In this document: positions 25,854 to 32,000 of the stretch, piece after piece | How the letters are laid out: the number at the start of each line of letters is the position of its first letter | How positions within the stretch are numbered: the stretch's first letter is position 1 | Assembly: GCA_963843975.1 (NCBI GenBank) | Contig: CAWJMG010000003.1 | Coordinates: 2,280,001 to 2,312,000 of the forward strand | Direction of reading: 5' to 3' | DNA length: 32,000 nucleotides | Source: an uncultured Actinomycetes bacterium | Lineage (GTDB): Bacteria > Actinomycetota > Actinomycetes > S36-B12 > CAIYMF01 | Notes under the pieces: model-generated | Told to the model about the DNA's origin: nothing | The model's input: the letters and a program-made list of their open reading frames with translations, nothing else | Databases searched by the model: none | Program-made: the position numbers and the translations under genes

Positions 25854-25916
25854 ACTCTACGGGTCGAATCCCACCCGTGTCATTCACCCTCCGAGGTACG
25901 CCCGATCTCACCCTCC
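25854..25916 (-). promoter_or_regulatory. Candidate sigma-A-type promoter (ATGACA-18 nt-TAGAGT) preceded by two copies of CGGAGGGTGA
   Basis: On the minus strand the -10 element TAGAGT is at 25859-25854 and the -35-like ATGACA is at 25883-25878. Perfect 10-nt direct repeats CGGAGGGTGA sit at 25916-25907 and 25893-25884. The element is about 75 nt upstream of the DUF3263 start. Confidence 0.35.
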
Positions 25917-25980
25917 GTGGCCGCGCCCGGTAGCCGGTCGCAGCTGCTCCGGGACGGCGTCGTCGCAGGTCAGAGGCACG

Positions 25981-26337
25981 TCAAGGGCGTACGACGTAGA
26001 CCTTGCGCAGCGTCTCGTGGATCGTCCACCGGGTGACGGCGCCCGCCGGGAGCAGCCCGACGTCGCCCGGCCCGACCTCGAGCACCGGGCCGCCCTCCAC
26101 CTGCACGGTGGCCCGCCCCGCGAGCACCACGAAGATCTCGTCGGCCTCGATGTCGGTGCTCACGCCCACCGAGTGCTGCCAGACGCCGATCGCGAGGTCG
26201 TCGGCCTCGTGCAGCGCCAGCGAGCGGACTACCGGGTCGCCGGAGACGACCTGGTCGGGCGCGAGCGGCGACTCGTCGAGTGCGGAGTCCTGCAGCGCGA
26301 CAGCGTGGACGACGTGGGCGGTCTGCGTGAACGACAT
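25981..26337 (-). CDS. Cupin-domain protein (DUF861/EutQ-like small cupin)
   Basis: Track ORF 25981..26337. IGVWQHSVGVSTDIEADEIFVVLAGRATVQVEGGPVLEVGPGDVGLLPAG fits the cupin beta-barrel pattern. Confidence 0.75.
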   Translation of the reverse strand: MSFTQTAHVVHAVALQDSALDESPLAPDQVVSGDPVVRSLALHEADDLAIGVWQHSVGVSTDIEADEIFVVLAGRATVQVEGGPVLEVGPGDVGLLPAGAVTRWTIHETLRKVYVVRP

Positions 26338-26357
26338 GCCCCGACCCTACGAGCCGG

Positions 26358-27104
26358 TCAGGAGGGGTGGCCGTCGGACGCTTCGTCCGGGAGGTCGGGG
26401 TCGGTGCCGTCCGCGGACAGCAGCCGCGCGAGCGCGACCTCGATGCGGGCGAGCCGCTCGTCGAGCGCGTCGAGCGTGACGGCCTTCTCGTTCGCGTCGG
26501 GGTCCTGCACGAAGCGCGCGGCGATGATCGCCGTGACCACGGAGATGAGGACGACGCCGTTGATCAGCATGAGCGTCGCGATGACGCGCCCGGTCGGGCT
26601 CACGGGCGTGTAGTCGCCGTACCCGACCGTCGTGACGGTGACGAGCGACCACCAGATGGCCTCGCCGTACGTGTGGATGTCCGAGCCCGGGTAGTCGCGC
26701 TCGGCGGCGAGGACGAGCACCGCGCCGAAGATGACGATGAGCACCGTGAGGTACGCGGCGTACACCTGCACGCGCTGGACGAGAGGGCCGCGGTGGAACG
26801 CGAGCCGGATGAAGACGTACGCGATCATCCCCGCACGGAAGAACGGGATAGCGACCGCGACCACCTCGAACCAGTGGCTGCGCAGGAACGCGCGCCGGTC
26901 GTCCTCGAGCACGATCCGGGTGACGAGGTCGAGCGCGAAGACCACCCAGGCGATCGCGACGAGGAACTCCCCTGTCGCTGTGTCGCCCGCGCCGGCGATC
27001 ACCTCGACGAGGCCCGCCAGGAAGAGCACGGCTGCGGCGAACAGGACGATCGCCGACCTGCTCTCGTAGCGGCTTCTCCGCTCGGCGCGCACGGGTTCGG
27101 TCAC
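26358..27104 (-). CDS. Potassium channel (ion-transport family) with a TVGYGD selectivity filter
   Basis: In-frame GTG 27104 within track ORF 26358..27272, after a GGGAGGA Shine-Dalgarno site. Hydrophobic helices are followed by the pore WWSLVTVTTVGYGDYTP and a C-terminal helical tail. Confidence 0.85.
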   Translation of the reverse strand: MTEPVRAERRSRYESRSAIVLFAAAVLFLAGLVEVIAGAGDTATGEFLVAIAWVVFALDLVTRIVLEDDRRAFLRSHWFEVVAVAIPFFRAGMIAYVFIRLAFHRGPLVQRVQVYAAYLTVLIVIFGAVLVLAAERDYPGSDIHTYGEAIWWSLVTVTTVGYGDYTPVSPTGRVIATLMLINGVVLISVVTAIIAARFVQDPDANEKAVTLDALDERLARIEVALARLLSADGTDPDLPDEASDGHPS

Positions 27105-27189
27105 GGCCCCATCCTCCCGGCGACGCGGGCGCGGTGGTCGCCACGACACGGCCGCCCCGGCGGCAGGTCGGGACGGCGTACGGCACGCT

Positions 27190-28164
27190 GTGCCGATGAC
27201 CCCGACGCACCAGGCATCCGCGCACCACGCGCTCTCGCCGCGGGAGTGGCTGCCGGCCTGGCTCGGGCTCACCGTCGTGTGGGGCTTCGTCTTCTACTTC
27301 ATCAAGCTCGCCCTCGAGTCCTTCGAGCCCGTGCAGGTCGCGTTCGGACGGTGCTTCCTCGGTGCGCTGACGCTGCTGGCGATCGCGGCCGTGACCCGCA
27401 CCCGCCTGCCCCGCGGCCGCGTCGTGTGGCTCGACCTCGCCCTCGTCGCGCTCCTGCTCAACACGCTCCCCTACCTGCTGTTCGCCTGGGCCGAGACCCG
27501 GGTGTCGTCGGTGCTTGCCGGGATCTGGAACGCATCGACCCCGTTGTTCGTGCTGGCGTTCGGCTTCGCGATCACGCCGTGGGAGAAGGTGACGCGCGAG
27601 AAGCTCGTCGGGCTCGGTATCGGCTTTCTCGGCGCGCTGGTCGTGCTGGGGTTCTGGGACATGGGCAACGGCGGCGACCCCCTCGGAAGCCTCGCCTGCA
27701 TCGCGGCGACTGCGTGCTACGGCGTCGGGATGCCCTACACGAGAAGGCGTCTCGTGCACCGCTCCGAGCCTGCGGTCTCGCTGATGGCCGGCCAGCTGCT
27801 CATGTCGTCCCTGCAGCTCGGCGTCCTGACGATGCTCTTCAGCTCGCGGCCGACCGAGGTCGGGACCGTGCCGACGCTCGCGATGCTCTTCCTGGGCGTC
27901 CTCGGCACCGGGGTGGCGTTCCTGCTGAACTTCCGCCTGATCGCGGACGTCGGCGGCGTCGTCGCGGCGTCCGTCACGTACGCGATGCCGGTGGTCTCCA
28001 CCGCTGCCGGCGTCCTGCTTCTCGGCGAGGCGCTGCACTGGAACCAGCCCGTCGGCGCGCTCATCGTGCTATCCGGCGTCGCCCTCGTGCAGGGCATCGT
28101 CCATCTGCCGGTACGCCGAACGGGGGAAGACGTTCGGGACCGTACGACGGACGTGCCGACGTAG
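27190..28164 (+). CDS. DMT/EamA-family transporter
   Basis: Track ORF 27190..28164 (an alternative ATG is at 27196). The profile shows ten hydrophobic segments and two EamA-like halves. LLNTLPYLLFAWAETRVSS is typical of the family. Confidence 0.85.
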   Translation: MPMTPTHQASAHHALSPREWLPAWLGLTVVWGFVFYFIKLALESFEPVQVAFGRCFLGALTLLAIAAVTRTRLPRGRVVWLDLALVALLLNTLPYLLFAWAETRVSSVLAGIWNASTPLFVLAFGFAITPWEKVTREKLVGLGIGFLGALVVLGFWDMGNGGDPLGSLACIAATACYGVGMPYTRRRLVHRSEPAVSLMAGQLLMSSLQLGVLTMLFSSRPTEVGTVPTLAMLFLGVLGTGVAFLLNFRLIADVGGVVAASVTYAMPVVSTAAGVLLLGEALHWNQPVGALIVLSGVALVQGIVHLPVRRTGEDVRDRTTDVPT

Positions 28165-28193
28165 TTGATGACGCCACGACATGGAGGCGCGTC

Positions 28194-28337
28194 ATGAGGA
28201 TCACGAGGGACACCGTCCGCTTCATCGCTCCGCCGCTCCTGGCACTGGGGCTCGTAGCAGCCCTTGCGCACCCCGCCGACGCGGCGCCTGCACCGACCGT
28301 CCCGACGGTCGCTGTGCAGGTATCCGTCGGTCGGTAG
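28194..28337 (+). CDS. Small secreted peptide or truncated paralogue (47 aa)
   Basis: ATG 28194 lies 6 nt after a GGAGG Shine-Dalgarno site (28183-28187). Product: MRITRDTVRFIAPPLLALGLVAALAHPADA|APAPTVPTVAVQVSVGR. The signal peptide is about 50 percent identical to that of the 29625..30092 product. The sequence appears only as the tail of spurious track ORF 26367..28337. Confidence 0.45.
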   Translation: MRITRDTVRFIAPPLLALGLVAALAHPADAAPAPTVPTVAVQVSVGR

Positions 28338-28398
28338 CGCGGGCCGCACCTCGCCTGGCGGAGTCCGTCAGGCGGACAGCCGGCGACAGGTGGGCACC

Positions 28399-28427
28399 CC
28401 TCGGGTCATGATCGACTCGACCCGAGG
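28399..28427 (+). promoter_or_regulatory. Hairpin overlapping the Shine-Dalgarno site of the metallophosphoesterase gene
   Basis: CCTCGGGTC-(11 nt)-GACCCGAGG forms a 9-bp stem. The 3' arm includes the first four nucleotides of the GAGGAGA Shine-Dalgarno site (28424-28430), which precedes GTG 28434. Confidence 0.35.
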
Positions 28428-28433
28428 AGACAC

Positions 28434-29345
28434 GTGAGCACTCGCCTGCACCCCGTCCGCGCGCTCGCCGCGCTGGCCGCCGTCGCCGCGCTGGCCGTTT
28501 CCGCCGGTGCCGCCGCCGCGTCGCCGACCGCCTCCGCACCCTCGAGCGCATCGGCCTCGGTGCAGGCCGTCGTCTCGGCGGGCGTGCCGACGGCGGGCTC
28601 CCGGATCGTCGCGGTCGGCGACATCGCGCGCTCCGGCGGTGCGCAGTCGCGCACCGCGGCTGTCGCGGCGAAGCGCCTCCCGCAGCGTGTCGTCGCCCTC
28701 GGCGACCTCGCCTACTCGACCGGCTCGAAGTCCAACTTCGCCAACTACTACAACCCGTCGTACGGCCGGTTCAAGGCCATCACGTGGGCCGTGCCCGGCA
28801 ACCACGAGTACATGACGTCGAACGCCTCGGGCTTCCGCAGCTACTTCGGCGTCACGGGTGATCTCTGGTGGGCGCGCAAGATCGGCGTCTGGACCGTCAT
28901 CGGCCTCGACAGCGAGAAGGCCTCGAGCACCAAGCAGCTCGACTGGCTGAGAGCAGCACTGAAGGCCGACAGCGGTCGCCCGACGATCGTGGTGTGGCAC
29001 CGTCCCCGCTTCTCGACCGGTGAGCACCGCGACGCCACCGACACCCAGAAGCTCTGGGCCACGGCCGCGGCCGACCGCGACGTACGCATCGTGCTGTGGG
29101 GCCACGACCACGACTACGAGCGCATGTCCGTCCCTGTCGGCTCGGGCCGCGTCGTCCAGGCCATCGTCGTCGGCACCGGCGGCGCCGAGCTGCGCCCGTT
29201 CGCCGCGAAGGCCCGCTCGATCACGGTGAAGCGCATCGCCGGCACGTACGGCGTCCTCGACCTGCGCCTGCGCTCGACGGGCTGGTCGTGGTTCTTCGTC
29301 CGCACCGACGGCACGGTCGCCGATTCCGGGTCCCGCGCCCTCTAG
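28434..29345 (+). CDS. Secreted calcineurin-like metallophosphoesterase
   Basis: Track ORF 28434..29345 (GTG start). It has an Ala-rich signal peptide. Motifs present: VGDIA, GDLAY, GNHEY and GHDHDYER. Confidence 0.85.
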   Translation: MSTRLHPVRALAALAAVAALAVSAGAAAASPTASAPSSASASVQAVVSAGVPTAGSRIVAVGDIARSGGAQSRTAAVAAKRLPQRVVALGDLAYSTGSKSNFANYYNPSYGRFKAITWAVPGNHEYMTSNASGFRSYFGVTGDLWWARKIGVWTVIGLDSEKASSTKQLDWLRAALKADSGRPTIVVWHRPRFSTGEHRDATDTQKLWATAAADRDVRIVLWGHDHDYERMSVPVGSGRVVQAIVVGTGGAELRPFAAKARSITVKRIAGTYGVLDLRLRSTGWSWFFVRTDGTVADSGSRAL

Positions 29346-29624
29346 CCGCCGCTCTCACCCGTTCGGCCCGGCCTGCCCTCCGGATCGGCTCCCCCGCGCT
29401 CGACCCGGTGCCCTGCACCTCAAGGGATGCGCACGCGGCAACAGTCCGCGCGGGTGGTGGGCCGAAGCGTCGGTGTGCACATCACCGGCCCACAGGTGCG
29501 ACGCCCCGAGCGACGTGCCGACCGTCACGTCCACCCCGTCACCCGTACGGCGCAACGACGTTCAGGACGCTCGACGCGTCCGGTCGATCCCTCCTGTGAG
29601 CCGAGCAGGCAGAGGGGGGTCGAC

Positions 29625-30092
29625 ATGAGCTTCGACCGGAGAACCGCGCGCATCGTCGTCCCGCCGATCCTGGCTCTCGGCCTCGTCGCCGTCCTCGTGA
29701 ACCCGCTCGCCGCGGCCTCCCCTGCCGACCAGGTCATGGCCGGCACCGGCGGGACCGTTCACGCCGCCGCGCCCGCCTACCTCCCGGACTCGCGCACCGC
29801 GTCGCCCAACCCGGCCGGCATGGTCGTCGTCGGCATCCCGGCCGTGGCCTTCACCGCGGACGTCGCCGTCCGCCACGGCCGGCTCCAGGCACCGGTGCTC
29901 CTCACAGATCCGTCGGTCTCGGGCCGAGCGCACGTCGTCGGCGCGGTGACCGGAACGGGCTGCACCGCGGACCTCGCCCAGGGAGCGCCCGTCGTCCTGG
30001 ACTGCGTCATCACCGCGGTCGGCTCGTCGCCCCGCATCGTCGTGACGCTGTCGGACGGCAGGACGGCCGTGAAGGCGATCACCCTCGGCTGA
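29625..30092 (+). CDS. Secreted hypothetical protein (155 aa)
   Basis: In-frame ATG 29625 within track ORF 29427..30092, after AGAGGGGGG. Signal peptide MSFDRRTARIVVPPILALGLVAVLVNPLAAA. Third-position GC is high and the mature part has two Cys residues. Confidence 0.65.
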   Translation: MSFDRRTARIVVPPILALGLVAVLVNPLAAASPADQVMAGTGGTVHAAAPAYLPDSRTASPNPAGMVVVGIPAVAFTADVAVRHGRLQAPVLLTDPSVSGRAHVVGAVTGTGCTADLAQGAPVVLDCVITAVGSSPRIVVTLSDGRTAVKAITLG

Positions 30093-30246
30093 GCATCCCC
30101 ACCGGTCCCGGGGAGCGTCGGCGGGCAGGAACGCTGCTGTCATCTCGCGGCGCGCGGCGAGCCCCGGCCGGATCGAGTTCGGCCGGAACCTGCGGGGCGT
30201 TGCGGGCGAACGTAGAGTGAACTCCTGGTACCCTTGCGGTACTTCG

Positions 30247-30290
30247 CGGCGGGGTGACTAATGGTCGGTCACCCCGCCGCTTTCCCTTTG
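30247..30290 (+). terminator. Strong hairpin plus T-rich tract (intrinsic-terminator-like or attenuator)
   Basis: CGGCGGGGTGAC-TAATGGTCG-GTCACCCCGCCG forms a perfect 12-bp stem and is followed by CTTTCCCTTTG. It lies in a locally AT-richer 110-nt stretch, preceded by TAGAGT at 30213-30218. Confidence 0.45.
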
Positions 30291-30405
30291 CCCGCAGGCT
30301 GATTGGTCCGCGCCCAGCCGCGCCCCCGTGAGCGACGCCTTCGCGGTGCCCGGCGTGCACCGTCTGTTCACGCTCCCGTCCCGATGGCCGCCTACCGTCG
30401 CGCGC

Positions 30406-32000
30406 GTGTCCATAGTCGAGGCCCCCGTCTCCGTCACCGACGAGAGCGTGCCCGCACCCACGTCTGCGCCGTCCGGGCGCTGGTCCGACCTCGCGCTCGT
30501 CGCGTTCGCCTGCCTGGTGGTCGCCCTCGGGCTGCGGCCCGAGCTGCTCCTCACCGACTCGATGCCGCTCGGCACCGACCTCGTCGGCCACGCAGTCGTC
30601 GCCTGGTTCGACGGCCAGAACCTGCTCGGCTTCCTCCCGGGGTCGTGGTCGGCCGACATGTTCAACGGCTTCCCCGTGAACCAGCTCTACCCCTGGCTCC
30701 CCACCTGGCTGATGGGTCTGCTGTCGCTGGTCCTTCCCCTGTCGATCGCCGTCAAGATCGGGCTCGCGATCCCGCTCGTGGCGCTCCCCTGGGCCGCCTG
30801 GCGCGCAGCGAGCTGGGCCGATCTGCCCCGGCCCCTCCCCGTGATGCTGGCCATGGGCACGGTGCCCTTCCTCTACGACACCAGCTGCGGCAGCTGCGGC
30901 GGCACGATCAACGCGACCGTCAACGGCGAGTACTCGTTCGCCTGGGCCATGCTCTTCGCCGTCCTGGCGCTCGGGGCGGTCGACCGGCTCGCGCGCGACG
31001 GACGCGGTGGGCCCCTCGCCGCCGTCCTCGTCACGGCCACGGCCTTCAGCCACCCGCTGCCCACCCTCTGGCTGCTCGTGGGCATCGCGACGATCGCCAT
31101 CGGCCGCGAGGTCTGGACCACGCGCCGGATCCTGGCCCGGTTCGGGATCGCCGCGGGTATCGCTGCCCTCATGTCCGCGATGTGGTGGCTGCCGTTCGCG
31201 GCGTACCAGGACTGGATGCCCGACAACCCCCTCGTCCGGGCCGGAACCTTCGACACCTGGCTGCTCCCGGCCACCGCGGCCTGGGAGGCTGGCATCGGTG
31301 CGCTGGCGCTGGGCGGCCTCGTGTGGGCGGTACGACGCCGCTCGTGGCTTCTGCTCGCCTACGCGGTCGGCGCCGCAGTCGCCGTGGCGGCGTTCTTCCG
31401 CTTCACCGACGGCGGCCCGTTCTACAGCATCCGCGTCCTTCCCTTCTGGCACCTGGGGAAGTGGACCCTCGCGGCCGTCGGCTTCGCCTGGCTCGTGCAG
31501 ACGGTCGTACGCCGGCTGCGCTCGGACCGCACCCGCCGCACCGACCCGCGCCTCGCACCGGCGCTGTGGCTGACGGCAGCGACGCTCGTGGTCGGCACCA
31601 CCTGGGGGTGGTGGGGCGTGACGACCCCGCCGACGGCGCGCACGACCGGCGTCGGGGGTCTGCTGGGCTACGAGGTGCCCGTCACCTGGGCGGCAGGCGG
31701 GGTCGAGAGCGCGCTCTCGGGCTTCGCCGCCCGCGACGACTACCCGCAGCTGCAGGCGGTCCAGGGCATGCTGCGCGAGGTCGGGCAGCGGTACGGCTGC
31801 GGCACGCTGATGTGGGACAACGGCGACGTCACCGCGGATGCGGGGCCGGCGTTCGGCGATCCGATGGTGTTCTGGCAGTCGTCGATCTGGACCGATGGCT
31901 GCGTGCCCGCCGCCGACGGCGTGCTCGTCGACTCGAGCATGACCGCACCGGGCATGGCGATGACCAAGAGCCTCGTCTCGCAGTCGGTGGAGCCGCTCCT
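30406..32000 (+). CDS. Large polytopic membrane protein (COG5617-like, GT-C-type topology), continues beyond the window
   Basis: Manual translation of the frame containing 30481 stays open from 30262 to the window end, so it is absent from the ORF track. It reads WSDLALVAFACLVVALGLRPELLLTDSMPLGTDLVGHAVVAWFDGQNLLGFLPGSWSADMFNGFPVNQLYPWLPTWLMGLL..., followed by many hydrophobic helices. The start is uncertain: GTG candidates at 30328, 30346, 30355, 30406 and 30448, none with a good Shine-Dalgarno site. Confidence 0.7.
   Translation, partial: MSIVEAPVSVTDESVPAPTSAPSGRWSDLALVAFACLVVALGLRPELLLTDSMPLGTDLVGHAVVAWFDGQNLLGFLPGSWSADMFNGFPVNQLYPWLPTWLMGLLSLVLPLSIAVKIGLAIPLVALPWAAWRAASWADLPRPLPVMLAMGTVPFLYDTSCGSCGGTINATVNGEYSFAWAMLFAVLALGAVDRLARDGRGGPLAAVLVTATAFSHPLPTLWLLVGIATIAIGREVWTTRRILARFGIAAGIAALMSAMWWLPFAAYQDWMPDNPLVRAGTFDTWLLPATAAWEAGIGALALGGLVWAVRRRSWLLLAYAVGAAVAVAAFFRFTDGGPFYSIRVLPFWHLGKWTLAAVGFAWLVQTVVRRLRSDRTRRTDPRLAPALWLTAATLVVGTTWGWWGVTTPPTARTTGVGGLLGYEVPVTWAAGGVESALSGFAARDDYPQLQAVQGMLREVGQRYGCGTLMWDNGDVTADAGPAFGDPMVFWQSSIWTDGCVPAADGVLVDSSMTAPGMAMTKSLVSQSVEPL

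Noticed and set aside
25855-25890. tRNA-like T-loop sequence GGGTCGAATCCC, considered as a possible tRNA gene or integrase att remnant
   Set aside because: The flanking bases cannot form a T-stem, acceptor stem or anticodon arm, and there is no CCA context. No integrase or other mobile-element gene is nearby.
26347-28337. 563-aa minus-strand ORF and 656-aa plus-strand ORF spanning the channel and transporter region
   Set aside because: They are mirror or alternative frames of the K+ channel (TVGYGD) and the DMT transporter. Only the last 47 codons of the plus ORF were kept, as a separate small-ORF candidate.
30079-31452. 457-aa minus-strand ORF
   Set aside because: It is antisense to the long open-ended membrane-protein frame, which has coherent hydrophobic helices and high third-position GC.

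Overview
Very GC-rich actinobacterial chromosomal segment, Micrococcales-like judging by protein content (not verifiable here). It is densely packed with about 32 protein-coding genes. I found no rRNA, tRNA, CRISPR array, IS element, integrase or phage gene.

Most long ORFs in the six-frame track are GC-driven mirror ORFs antisense to the real genes.

Confidently recognised genes:
- groEL2, preceded by two tandem CIRCE operators
- pheA
- mgsA
- gpgS (glucosyl-3-phosphoglycerate synthase)
- an XPB/ERCC3-type helicase, with its usual helicase-associated partner lying 6 kb away
- a PAS-GAF-PAS-PAS-GGDEF-EAL signalling protein
- LtrA
- a phosphinothricin-acetyltransferase-like GNAT
- a TVGYGD potassium channel
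- a DMT/EamA transporter
- a secreted metallophosphoesterase
- DUF3263 and LytR_C proteins
- a large polytopic membrane protein running off the 3' edge

Observations most worth following up:
1. A clear SAM-I (S-box) riboswitch on the minus strand sits in front of a threonine-synthase-fold PLP enzyme and a GG-terminated ThiS/MoaD-type sulfur carrier. This suggests protein-thiocarboxylate-dependent homocysteine/methionine synthesis rather than threonine synthesis.
2. Three otherwise well-conserved minus-strand genes each carry exactly one extra nucleotide: an N-succinylamino-acid racemase/OSBS, an SDR and a GNAT. They are either pseudogenes or sequence errors.
3. A translationally coupled VOC-GNAT-racemase operon is wedged between the XPB partner gene and XPB.
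4. Several unannotated small ORFs with strong Shine-Dalgarno sites lie next to short direct repeats, hairpins or palindromes that look regulatory.

I did not find a convincing novel multi-gene system such as a defence island. The items above are candidates, and each is scored individually in the findings.
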